NCBI GenBank assembly: GCA_021822495.1
Contig: JAKAQO010000005.1
Coordinates: 42,548 to 106,547 of the forward strand
Length of the DNA: 64,000 nt
Origin: a bacterium
GTDB taxonomy: Bacteria; Elusimicrobiota; Elusimicrobia; UBA1565; UBA9628
Direction of reading: 5' to 3'
Part shown: positions 44,562 to 53,473 of the stretch, piece by piece
Layout: the number at the start of each line of letters is the position of its first letter
How positions within the stretch are numbered: position 1 is the stretch's first letter
Notes under the pieces: model-generated
Database searches by the model: none
What the model was told of the DNA's origin: nothing
Seen by the model: the letters and a program-made list of their open reading frames with translations, nothing else
Made by a program: the position numbers and the translations under genes

Positions 44562-47075
44562 ATGGACATATTAATGATTATTTTTATCCCAAGTCTTTTT
44601 CTTGTGTTGGGAGCCCTGATGTTTATCGTCAGCCGGGTCATGGAGTTTTCACAATCCAACCGTTATTTCGCAAAACAACGAGGAAACAGTCTTATGTTTA
44701 CACGTTTCATGACTCAAATCGCCATAGCGAAAAGCCAACTGGGAAAAAGGGCCCAGGAACTGGAAGCCCTCTCCATGCGTCTTCAAATGAACAATGAAGA
44801 GCTCGCGAGGCTCAACAATCTCAAGATGAAATTTCTTTCCATGGCGGTTCATGATATTCGAAACCCCTTGACCGCCATTACCGGCTATAGCGATATCCTG
44901 TCTCGCAACAAAAATATTGGTCCGAAAGAACAAGTCCTCTCGAAAATGATCTTGACCGCGACGCGGCAAATCAACCACCTCATGGGCGACTTGACCGATC
45001 TGGCCGTCATCGAAGCGGGAAAATTCAAGATGGAAATGGCGCCCTTTGATCTGGCCGGACTCATCCAAGAAGTCGGCGCGACGCTGGCTCCTGGAGCCTC
45101 TAACAAAGGCGTCATTCTTTCTGTTCTGGAACCTCCGTCGGGAATCATCATCACCGCCGACCGCTACCGCATTTGGCGCGTTTTGACGAATCTTTTAGGC
45201 AACGCCGTCAAATTTACTCCCTCGGGCGGCCGCGTTGAACTGAGAGCCGAAGTCGCGGCGGGAATGGCCATGATTTCCGTTCAAGATAATGGTCCCGGAA
45301 TTCATCCCACCGAACGCCGAAAAATTTTTGAAAAATTCTACCAGTCAAAGCACATCAAGGATGAAAAGGCCCGCAAGGGCGGCTGGGGGCTGGGACTCGC
45401 CATCGCCCAAGAAATTGTTCAAGCTCACGGAGGGGAAATTGGGGTTGACAGCCGCGGTCTCGGGCATGGATCCACTTTTTGGGTTCGCATTCCTCTTAAA
45501 GCTCGGCGCCCCATTCGCTCTAGCCCCATGCGCCTTTCTCTTGCTTTAATCGGGTTTTTAGCTCTTTCTTTTATTCCGAAAAAAACTGGGGCTCAAACTG
45601 TTCCCTTTCTTGAAAAATCCAAGTTCGAGAAATCCCTAGAAACCAAGGTGGACGGGGTTCTCCTCAATATCCTGGGGCCCAATCGGGCCAAGGTCATCAT
45701 CAACGCGACCTTAAACTTTACCAAGACGGAAAGTTTTCAAACCGAAGGCGCAAGCGTCACAACCACAAAAACCTCGGGGCTACCTTATCTCTGGCAAGAG
45801 CCCAGCAAAACGGCGCAGCCCGAAGAACTTCTTCCTGGAGTGCCGCTTGATTCCGGAGGCCCTGCTCTTCCCATGCCACCGCCGTCAATTAAGGGATATA
45901 AAAAAGAAGATTCCTTTCCCGCCGAATTTATCAAGAGGTTGGATGTCACTCTCATTTTGGACAATTCCGTTAAGGGAAATCGCAGCGCCGAAATCGGCAA
46001 AATTACATCCGACCTTCTCAATCTCAATCCCAAACGGGGGGATTCTTTAACCGTGGTCCACACCGAGTTTTCTCCTATTTGGAAAACCGTCTGGTATTCT
46101 CCGGCCACTGCGGGCATGCTTCTTAAATATATTTTGACCGGGTTTCTCTTTTTCATGGCCTTGATCGTCATCGCTATCGGATTCATAAAAATCGCCAACG
46201 CCATGCGCATGATGGCTAACGCCCAAGCTCAGCAAATTTCCATGGAAATGAAGGGACTCGATGGCGAGGGGGGAAGCGGACCAGGAGGGCTTTTAGGACA
46301 CAATACGCTCATGATTGGGGATCAAAAATCAGGAGAAAACGTCCCTGAGAATAAAAATGAACCCGTCATGTTCGACGTAGGGATGGATCAGGTAGAAACC
46401 CTGGCTCAAATGCTTCTCCCCGAACCGGCCAATAACATTGCCATTGTCGCGTCCCGCCTAACCCCGGATGTTTCGAAAAGACTCATTGAGGCCCTTCCCC
46501 CGGAACTGGCGACGCAAGTCATCAGCCAACTCGCTCGTCCGCGCTTTATCGATCCGGAAATTATCGTCAACTTAAAGGAAGAGCTGGAACGGCGTCTTTC
46601 CGGCGCGGTGGGAGGCGTTCATTATCTCTCGGAACTCATGTCGGCCGCCAGCCAAAAGAGGCGCCATGAGATGCTCGAAGCCGTTCGCGCGCAAAACCCG
46701 AACCTCGCGGAAGAACTTAGAAAAAGAGTCTTTTTCATCGAGGATCTTTCAAAGCTGAGCCAACAGGAATGGTCATACCTCTTATCCTTGGTCACCTATC
46801 AAGAATGGAGTGCGGCCCTTCATGAGGGACCCCAAGTGGTCGTCGAAGCCATTAAGCAAAATCTATCGGAAAAAGCCTGGGGGGTTCTTAGCGAAATGAT
46901 TGAAACGGCTTCTCCCAGCATAGAACAAGCGGAAATAGCGCAAGACAAAATCGGTCAAAGCGTCTCGGAACTCATCAAGGAACAGAGAATCAAGACCATC
47001 GCACCACAATTGGGACTTCAGGTTCATGAATCTCCAATTGAGGAAGAAAAAGGCGCAGAAAGCAACAAAAAGTAA
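44562..47075 (+). CDS. Multidomain fusion of a membrane histidine kinase (HisKA + HATPase_c), a FliF/SctJ-like periplasmic ring-building segment with a TM anchor, and a FliG (rotor/switch protein) middle + C-terminal domain
   Basis: GGAGG lies 6 nt upstream of the ATG at 44562. The kinase motifs are the H-box AVHDIRNPLTAITGYSDIL, the N-box LLGNAVKFT, and the G-boxes DNGPGI and GWGLGLAIA. There is no stop after the kinase. A signal/TM-like segment MRLSLALIGFLALSF (ATG 45528) is followed by about 200 periplasmic residues, then the TM segment LLKYILTGFLFFMALIVIAIGF. The FliG-like region is LPPELATQVISQLA...EELERRLSG.VGG...NPNLAEELRKRVFFIEDLSKLS..E..YLLS.V....AL......V.EAIKQNLSEKAW.VL.E.....SIEQAEIAQ. 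Alternatively these are two genes, with the second starting at 45528. Confidence 0.6.
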   Translation: MDILMIIFIPSLFLVLGALMFIVSRVMEFSQSNRYFAKQRGNSLMFTRFMTQIAIAKSQLGKRAQELEALSMRLQMNNEELARLNNLKMKFLSMAVHDIRNPLTAITGYSDILSRNKNIGPKEQVLSKMILTATRQINHLMGDLTDLAVIEAGKFKMEMAPFDLAGLIQEVGATLAPGASNKGVILSVLEPPSGIIITADRYRIWRVLTNLLGNAVKFTPSGGRVELRAEVAAGMAMISVQDNGPGIHPTERRKIFEKFYQSKHIKDEKARKGGWGLGLAIAQEIVQAHGGEIGVDSRGLGHGSTFWVRIPLKARRPIRSSPMRLSLALIGFLALSFIPKKTGAQTVPFLEKSKFEKSLETKVDGVLLNILGPNRAKVIINATLNFTKTESFQTEGASVTTTKTSGLPYLWQEPSKTAQPEELLPGVPLDSGGPALPMPPPSIKGYKKEDSFPAEFIKRLDVTLILDNSVKGNRSAEIGKITSDLLNLNPKRGDSLTVVHTEFSPIWKTVWYSPATAGMLLKYILTGFLFFMALIVIAIGFIKIANAMRMMANAQAQQISMEMKGLDGEGGSGPGGLLGHNTLMIGDQKSGENVPENKNEPVMFDVGMDQVETLAQMLLPEPANNIAIVASRLTPDVSKRLIEALPPELATQVISQLARPRFIDPEIIVNLKEELERRLSGAVGGVHYLSELMSAASQKRRHEMLEAVRAQNPNLAEELRKRVFFIEDLSKLSQQEWSYLLSLVTYQEWSAALHEGPQVVVEAIKQNLSEKAWGVLSEMIETASPSIEQAEIAQDKIGQSVSELIKEQRIKTIAPQLGLQVHESPIEEEKGAESNKK

Positions 47076-47085
47076 AAGAAGAAAA

Positions 47086-47210
47086 AAAAGGGGACAGTCC
47101 CCTTTTCCTCATAAACTTAAGGTCGGGGACAGTGCCGTCCCTAAGAATTATGAAGAAGAGGCACAGTCCCCTTTTTTTCTTCGTCATTTCTTCATGATTA
47201 AATGCCGCTT
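47086..47210. repeat. Composite 120-bp REP-containing leader element (copy 2), near-identical to 34373-34497
   Basis: About 115 bp are near-identical to copy 1, including the variant core GGGGACAGTGCCGTCCC (47125-47141). Confidence 0.6.
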
Positions 47211-47228
47211 TTGTTCTACCCTATAACT

Positions 47229-48173
47229 ATGAGTGAAAGTCCAAAAGGTTCTATCTTTTCCTCATTAAGGGCATTAGAGGAAGTTCTGGAAGAAACTCCC
47301 ACTGCAATACCTACTCCGCAAAACGTTTCTCCCGCTCCTGTTCAAGCCGCACCACCGCCACCCACTCCCACGCCCATGAGTTCAACGCCGCCCGTTGATT
47401 CTTCAAGCGAAGCTCTCAAATCCGTGGAAGCAAAGATTGAAAAAATCGATCAAAAAATTCAGGAATTAGGAAATCTCCCAATCTCGCCAAATCTTGATCG
47501 CATTGAAGCTCTTGAGAAAAACCTACAACAGATGCAGGAGCGGGCCATCCAGGCAGAAGTTGCGCTCAGAGAACGAGAAAAATCCCAAGAAGCCGCAAGA
47601 CGTGAGACAGAATCTCTTCTTCAAAATCTAGCATCCCAAAGACGACTCGAAGAATCCGACAGGCAAATGAAGGAGAACCTGTCCTACTGCCGGCACCGCA
47701 TCGAGGAATTAGAAGAGCGGCAAGCCTCTCTCAAAATTTCAGATACGCAACAGTCGGAGCATGAGTTTAAATCGCTCTTAAAAAATTTTATGGAACAAAT
47801 CGACCTTAAAACAGCCCCGATTTTAACGTCTCTCCTTGAACTCAAGAAAGAGAATCAAAACCGCGAAAAAGAGAGTCTCAATATGGAAAAAAGGATAGGC
47901 CATCTTGAAACCAAAACCGCTAATAAAAGCCAAGTTGACGCTCTGCGCGAAGACTTCCTCCATTTAAAACAGTCCGTGGAAAAAATTAATTTGGAAACAT
48001 CGGAAAAGCTCGATAAAATAACCGCGGCATTAAGCCTATTGTCGCTTAAACTCCACAAAGATAAGGCAACAGAAGAATTAATCATTCTCGATAAAGAGTT
48101 TCAAAAAATACACTCTATTCTCAACGCCAATATTTCCAACTCTCCCAAACAAACAGGAATAGCCCCTGATTGA
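47229..48173 (+). CDS. Pro-rich N-terminus plus long coiled-coil protein (function unknown; placed in the motor-like cluster)
   Basis: A PAPVQAAPPPPTPTP segment is followed by heptad-rich sequence with abundant E/K/L/Q. The start at 47229 is the second in-frame Met; the ORF tracker starts at 47202. Confidence 0.4.
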   Translation: MSESPKGSIFSSLRALEEVLEETPTAIPTPQNVSPAPVQAAPPPPTPTPMSSTPPVDSSSEALKSVEAKIEKIDQKIQELGNLPISPNLDRIEALEKNLQQMQERAIQAEVALREREKSQEAARRETESLLQNLASQRRLEESDRQMKENLSYCRHRIEELEERQASLKISDTQQSEHEFKSLLKNFMEQIDLKTAPILTSLLELKKENQNREKESLNMEKRIGHLETKTANKSQVDALREDFLHLKQSVEKINLETSEKLDKITAALSLLSLKLHKDKATEELIILDKEFQKIHSILNANISNSPKQTGIAPD

Positions 48174-48211
48174 TTTGGAATTCTCTTTTCTTTCCTTATA
48201 TAATAGGCATC

Positions 48212-48949
48212 ATGGAACTGACATCGATTATCGGCCTTGGAGCAATTTTAACTCTAACCGCAATTGGGCTCGCCACGGGAGGGCTCCCGGCGGTTTTCAT
48301 CAACTGGCACGGAATCGGCATCGTCCTGGGCGGCACTTTTTGCGCCTTGATGATTAACACTCCCCTGGATATCTTGCTCAGAACTGGAGCGGCTATAACA
48401 GATTTAGTTTCAGCCGATCCTTACGTCGATCGCATCGCCCTTGTGGACGCGATCATGGCCTTGGCTCAAGAGGTTCAATCCCGAGGAATCAGCGCCTTTA
48501 ACAACGTCAACAAAACGGTTGCCGCTGGGTATCTCGCTTATGCCGCTCAAATTGCCGTCGAATACAATAATCCTGAAACCCTCCGGCAGGTCCTGGAAAA
48601 TGAGATTATTCAAAACTCCGATTTACAAAATGAAGCGGTCAACGTTTTTAGAACCGCAGGAATTTTGGCGCCGATGTTTGGGCTTTTAGGGACCTTGATC
48701 GGAATTGTCGAAGTTCTGCGCCAAATCGCCAACCCCGCTCAAGTAGGCTCCGCCATGGCAGTCGCCATTACTACCGCTTTTTATGGTATTGCGACGGCTA
48801 ACGTTTTTTGCGTGCCAATAGCTGGGAAATTGAGAATCAGGTATTGGAGAGAAACGCAGGCTAAAACCATGGTTTTAGAAGGCGTCTATGAAATTCTTCA
48901 ACGAACGCCCACCGTCATCATCTCCAGGAAACTAAAATCTTATTTATGA
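48212..48949 (+). CDS. motA: MotA/PomA-type proton-channel stator subunit
   Basis: Four TM helices with a large cytoplasmic loop. The TM3-TM4 core is APMFGLLGTLIGIVEVL...AMAVAITTAFYGIATAN. I chose the ATG at 48212; the ORF tracker's TTG is at 48170. Confidence 0.65.
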   Translation: MELTSIIGLGAILTLTAIGLATGGLPAVFINWHGIGIVLGGTFCALMINTPLDILLRTGAAITDLVSADPYVDRIALVDAIMALAQEVQSRGISAFNNVNKTVAAGYLAYAAQIAVEYNNPETLRQVLENEIIQNSDLQNEAVNVFRTAGILAPMFGLLGTLIGIVEVLRQIANPAQVGSAMAVAITTAFYGIATANVFCVPIAGKLRIRYWRETQAKTMVLEGVYEILQRTPTVIISRKLKSYL

Positions 48950-48975
48950 TAAAAAAGGGACAGTCCCCTTTTTCT
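48950..48975. repeat. REP (core GGGACAGTCCCC, 48957-48968) between motA and motB
   Basis: An intra-operon copy, so perhaps an attenuator rather than a full terminator. Confidence 0.5.
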
Positions 48976-48980
48976 TGATT

Positions 48981-49673
48981 ATGAGACGATCACGGCACGA
49001 AGACCTCGAAAATCAACTCGCGAAATCCGCCCAATGGGCTATTACCTACGGCGATTTCATGAGCTATCTCATGATTTTCTTTCTCATCATGTTCTCTTTT
49101 ACGCTCTCCAAATCCGGAGGGAAAACCACGGAAAACGTTAAATATCAGGAATCCTTGATTAAAATCCAGAAAGTCTTTGGGGGAAAAGGAAGCTCCCTGG
49201 ATTACGATCGCCTCATTAAGCGCGAAAAAGAAGAGTCCATGGTGACCCAACTCAAACAGGCTCTGGACAAGAAAGACTTGTCCAAATACGCGAAAATAGA
49301 AACCTGGGATAAAAAAATTCGATTAATTCTCGCTAGCGCGGTTCTTTTCGATTCAGGGCGAGCGACCTTGGCCCCGCGCTCGGAAAAAATTCTGGCCGCC
49401 GTCGCCCAACAGCTTAAGACTTTGGACAACCCCATTCAAATTGAAGGCCATACCGACAACGTGCCAGTTCGCGGCGGACGTTATAAGTCCAACTGGGAAC
49501 TTTCGATGGCGCGGGCTTATTCCGTGCTGGTCTTTTTGGAAAAGCAGGGCATCGCGCCTCAGCGCTTATCCGCGATTGGCTACGGCAAGTATCATCCCAT
49601 TGCCGACAACAACACCGCGGAAGGACGCGCTAAAAATCGTAGAATCGAGATAGATTTATTACGGACAGAATGA
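48981..49673 (+). CDS. motB: MotB-type stator subunit (single TM with a conserved Asp plus an OmpA-like peptidoglycan-binding domain)
   Basis: AITYGDFMSYLMIFFLIMF carries the channel Asp. The C-terminal OmpA-like region is ILASAVLFDSGRATL...IQIEGHTDN...NWELSMARA...NRRIEI. Confidence 0.7.
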   Translation: MRRSRHEDLENQLAKSAQWAITYGDFMSYLMIFFLIMFSFTLSKSGGKTTENVKYQESLIKIQKVFGGKGSSLDYDRLIKREKEESMVTQLKQALDKKDLSKYAKIETWDKKIRLILASAVLFDSGRATLAPRSEKILAAVAQQLKTLDNPIQIEGHTDNVPVRGGRYKSNWELSMARAYSVLVFLEKQGIAPQRLSAIGYGKYHPIADNNTAEGRAKNRRIEIDLLRTE

Positions 49674-49686
49674 GGAGAAATTAAAT

Positions 49687-50706
49687 ATGAAAAAGTCATT
49701 TGCGGTTCTATCTTTGAGCCTAGTTTTGTCGACGCTCGCTTTTTCAGCAGTCTCATCGCAAGCGAATAATTCAACAAGCTCTCCCGCCCAAGGGGCCACG
49801 GTCCCACATCCAAAAATTCCTCAGGATCCTTATCTGACAGCTCTTGACGATATCAAAAGTCCCATTCCCTCGGTTCGCTTAGCAGCCGTTCAAGTCTTGT
49901 CCCAAAACCGCAATCCCGCCTCTATCGCGCCTTTGACAAAAGCCCTTTCCGATAAAAGTCCGGCTGTCTGCGCCGCCGCGATTCACGCCTTGGGCCTTTT
50001 GAGGGTTAAAGCCGTGGCTCCAAAAATCGCGCAACTGCTCGCCACTTCCCCGTCTTCCCAAGTGAGGCAAAATGCGGCCGTCGCCTTGGCTTATCTGGCT
50101 GACCCGGCGGCCATCCCCACTTTAATTTCCGCCATATCCGATTCGCATCAAAGCGTTCGCTATGCGGCAATCAAAACTTTGGGCAGTCTCCACGCCCAGG
50201 CCGCGGTACCCGCCCTCATCAACACGCTCAAAAGTTCCAACGCTAATATTCGAGAGACTGCCGCCGCGGCCTTGGGGCAAATTCAATCTCCTCAAGCCTC
50301 CTCCGCTCTTGCCGGTTTGACGACCAATCCCAACATCCAGGTCCGGGAAGCCGCCGTCATCGCGCTGGGCTCGACCGGAGGCAAGGCCGCTATTTCTCCA
50401 CTTCTCAAGGCGCTTAAAGACGCGAATTTTTCCGTCAGCCTTGACGCAGCGCGTTCTCTTTCAAAACTGGGAAATTTTAAGGGAAAAAGCGTCGCTCTCA
50501 AAGGACTTAGCCAAAAAGATCCCTTTCTTAGGCAAGAAGCCGTTACAATTTTAGGAATGACCGGAGGGAAAAAATCTCTCCGGGCTATTGAAAAGCTCTC
50601 TAAAAAAGAAAAGGATCCCGCGACGATTAGCCTGATTGGCTTTGCCGAAGCCCAGATTAAGGGACGCCTCGGAATCAAACCCGCACCGCAATCGCGTAAG
50701 AAATGA
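49687..50706 (+). CDS. Secreted HEAT/PBS-lyase-like repeat protein
   Basis: A signal peptide is present, followed by about nine repeats of type VR..A..AL....A...L...L.D.... Confidence 0.55.
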   Translation: MKKSFAVLSLSLVLSTLAFSAVSSQANNSTSSPAQGATVPHPKIPQDPYLTALDDIKSPIPSVRLAAVQVLSQNRNPASIAPLTKALSDKSPAVCAAAIHALGLLRVKAVAPKIAQLLATSPSSQVRQNAAVALAYLADPAAIPTLISAISDSHQSVRYAAIKTLGSLHAQAAVPALINTLKSSNANIRETAAAALGQIQSPQASSALAGLTTNPNIQVREAAVIALGSTGGKAAISPLLKALKDANFSVSLDAARSLSKLGNFKGKSVALKGLSQKDPFLRQEAVTILGMTGGKKSLRAIEKLSKKEKDPATISLIGFAEAQIKGRLGIKPAPQSRKK

Positions 50707-52718
50707 GACGCCTCTTTGGCCTTTTCTTTTCGTTGGCCCTGAGTTTCCTTTTTATTTTTCTTTATCGGCCGCCCTTATTTAGAATCCAGGCCAACGATGT
50801 CTTCAATAATTTGGAGAATTCCTGGCAGGATTTTCTTTTTCGCCTTAACAAGGATCATTTAAGACGCGGAGACCCCCGCATTATCATTGCCGCTATTGAT
50901 GACCCGACCCTCCATCAGTACGGATATCCTCTCCCTCGAATAGTGTACGCGAAACTCCTAGATCGTCTTCGCGAACTTAAAGTCAAAACCGTGGCCTTTG
51001 ACGTTCTTTTTCCCGAGCACAGAAAGGGAGATTTTGAATTCGCTCAAGCTCTAGGAAAATTTAAAGAAAACGTTCTCGCTTATGCTTATGATAAAAATAG
51101 TTCCCAACATTTCGTTTTGCCCGCGCCTCCGCTTTATCAAGCCGCAAAAAGTCTTGGGTATGTCAATGTAGGAGATTCCATAGACCCTGATGGGCATATC
51201 CGACAGTTTCAGATTTTTCAATCTTCTTTTAAAAACCCGAAAAAAAATTCCATGGGAGAAGCTCTCTCGGTTCCGACGCTCGCCTATTTTACCGGGCAAC
51301 TCTTTCAAAAGACGACCGGCATCGCCCCAACGGATGCGCATTTCTATCTTAATGTCAGGCCTCCAACTTATGCCAATGATCAGAACGTGTTTTTTTCTTA
51401 TCCCGTTTTTTCCATCGCTAAGATTTTAAACAATAAGCTTCCGCAAAAAGAGAAAGACGCCTTGAAAGGCTCTTTGGTTTTAGTCGGTTCAACCGCTCTT
51501 TCCGCTTTCGATCATTATCCATCTCCCTTTAGCGACGTCAGCCCCGGAGTGGAATATCACGCTAACATTCTGGATAATCTTCTTCATCGCGACTGGATGC
51601 GCTTCTTTTCTCCTTTCTATCAGATTCTCATCATCCTCTTATTTATCTGGATTCCCTTTTTCCTAAGACGCGCGCCAACGCAGTGGGAAACGCTCTCGGT
51701 TTTCGGAGTTTTTCTGGCCTGGACTGGTTTTTGCGAATGGCAATTTCTGAAAGGCGTTCGCGTGGAATTCGTCCTTCCCTCCACAGCTCTTCTAACCTCT
51801 TTTATCGGCGAAACTATCCATCAGGCCTTGACCGAGGGGCGCGAGAAAAAATTCATCAAGAACTTATTCGCTCAATTTGTTTCTCCCGAAGTAGTCGAGG
51901 ATCTCGCAAAGAATCCGGATAAAATCAAGCTAGGGGGAGAGAAAAAAGACATGACGGTTCTTTTTCTCGATATCGCCCATTTTACCAGCATCTCGGAAAA
52001 GATGTCGCCGGAAGAGCTCATCAAATTTCTCAACCGCTATCTTTCGCGTTTAAGCCAGGTCATTCACGATCACGGCGGTGTCGTTGACAAATACATTGGA
52101 GATTCCATCATGGCTTTTTGGAACGCGCCCCTTGAGGTCAAATCCCATCGCGTCAAGGCCTGTCTTGCGGCCCTGTCTCTTCAAGACGCCGTTTTGGAAC
52201 TCAATAAGAACCTTCCTTCAAGCATCCCTCATCCGCCTCAAGTCAGAATTGGAATAAACTCCGGCTTTGTCACCGTGGGCCTCACTGGAAGCGAACACAA
52301 ACTTCAATATACCGTTATCGGAGACGAGGTTAATTTAGCCTCTCGCCTTGAAGGAGCCAATAAGTTCTTCAAATCACAGACGATGATCAGCGAAGCCGTT
52401 TACGCCGAAGCCAAAGCAGAAATTGAAGTCCGGGAAATCGGAATTATCCGCGTTCTGGGTAAGGAAACTCCCATCAAGACTTATCAGATTTTAGCTCGAA
52501 AAGGGGCGTTGTCTCGCGCCTGGAAAACAGCTCTTCCTATCTACAATCAAGCGCTTCAGGATGTCCGCAATAAAGAATACGTCAATGCCATCGCCCTCTT
52601 TGAGACTTTCCTTAAAATTATTCCCAATGATGGGACCGCTTCGTTTTATCTCTCCGCATGTAAAAAAGCTCAAGAGAGCACTCCCTGGGACGGAATTATT
52701 CATTTGACCGCCAAATAA
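50703..52718 (+). CDS. CHASE2-sensor class III adenylate/guanylate cyclase
   Basis: An N-terminal periplasmic CHASE2-like domain is followed by TM helices. The cyclase motifs are TVLFLDIAHFT, YIGDSIMAFWNAP, RIGINSGFVTVG and VIGDEVNLASRLEG. Confidence 0.75.
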   Translation: MRRLFGLFFSLALSFLFIFLYRPPLFRIQANDVFNNLENSWQDFLFRLNKDHLRRGDPRIIIAAIDDPTLHQYGYPLPRIVYAKLLDRLRELKVKTVAFDVLFPEHRKGDFEFAQALGKFKENVLAYAYDKNSSQHFVLPAPPLYQAAKSLGYVNVGDSIDPDGHIRQFQIFQSSFKNPKKNSMGEALSVPTLAYFTGQLFQKTTGIAPTDAHFYLNVRPPTYANDQNVFFSYPVFSIAKILNNKLPQKEKDALKGSLVLVGSTALSAFDHYPSPFSDVSPGVEYHANILDNLLHRDWMRFFSPFYQILIILLFIWIPFFLRRAPTQWETLSVFGVFLAWTGFCEWQFLKGVRVEFVLPSTALLTSFIGETIHQALTEGREKKFIKNLFAQFVSPEVVEDLAKNPDKIKLGGEKKDMTVLFLDIAHFTSISEKMSPEELIKFLNRYLSRLSQVIHDHGGVVDKYIGDSIMAFWNAPLEVKSHRVKACLAALSLQDAVLELNKNLPSSIPHPPQVRIGINSGFVTVGLTGSEHKLQYTVIGDEVNLASRLEGANKFFKSQTMISEAVYAEAKAEIEVREIGIIRVLGKETPIKTYQILARKGALSRAWKTALPIYNQALQDVRNKEYVNAIALFETFLKIIPNDGTASFYLSACKKAQESTPWDGIIHLTAK

Positions 52719-52719
52719 C

Positions 52720-53433
52720 ATGATTATATTTTGGCGCCTCTTATTTGGGCATTTATTGGCGGATTTTACGCTCCAAACCAATGCCGTCAATCGCTGGAAA
52801 AGAAAAAATATTTTTGGGATGCTGTTTCACTGCGCCATGCACCCCGTTCTCTACGCGCTTTTAACCTATCCCTATCTTTCCCGTCCCTGGATTGAATGGA
52901 AAAGTTTCAGTCTAAACGGATGGGCTTGCGTAATCATTCTTTTTTTAGTTCATTGGCTTGAGGATGAATGGCGGGTTTTCACTATCTTTAAATACCGCAC
53001 TCCGGACAATACGCTTTACTTTCTCTGGGATCAAGTCATCCACGTCGCGCTGATTTTCGCGGTAGCGCCTCTTTTGGCCTTTTCCAACCCTTCCCAAGGG
53101 TTTATCCCCGAGAAATGGCCTATCCTAGGATGCCTGTTTGTTATCGCGACTCATTTCAGCGCCATTCTGATTTATTTCATCGAACAAGATTTTTTCGGGA
53201 CGCCCTTTCCAGGAACTTTCAAAAAATATTCCCAGATGGCCGAACGCCTGGGGCTTGTCCTTTGTTTTTTCGCGCCTCATGATCTCTGGCCTGTATTAGC
53301 CTCGGCTTGGATCGGAAGCATGGCTTTTCTCCGCATAAAAAAACGCGATCAATTCTCATGGACCAGCTTCTTGATTGGCGCTCCTCTCGCCGGGATTTGC
53401 GGTTTTCTCTCCAGAATCTTGTATTATCATTAG
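52720..53433 (+). CDS. DUF3307-family membrane protein
   Basis: The N-terminal HLLADFTLQ signature is present, with multiple TM helices. Confidence 0.5.
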   Translation: MIIFWRLLFGHLLADFTLQTNAVNRWKRKNIFGMLFHCAMHPVLYALLTYPYLSRPWIEWKSFSLNGWACVIILFLVHWLEDEWRVFTIFKYRTPDNTLYFLWDQVIHVALIFAVAPLLAFSNPSQGFIPEKWPILGCLFVIATHFSAILIYFIEQDFFGTPFPGTFKKYSQMAERLGLVLCFFAPHDLWPVLASAWIGSMAFLRIKKRDQFSWTSFLIGAPLAGICGFLSRILYYH

Positions 53434-53439
53434 TAGGAA

Positions 53440-53462
53440 AAAGGGGACAGTCCCCTTTTTCA
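53440..53462. terminator. REP (core 53443-53455)
   Basis: It lies between the DUF3307 gene stop and the thiolase RBS. Confidence 0.55.
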
Positions 53463-53473
53463 AGGAGGCATTT

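Noticed and set aside
46600-47075. The C-terminal domain of the fusion protein read as an MgtE N-terminal domain rather than FliG.
   Set aside because: MgtE-N shares the FliG fold but lacks the R-x-F-F-EDL torque-helix region seen here. The immediate MotA/MotB neighbours and the upstream ring-like segment favour FliG. This still needs profile confirmation.
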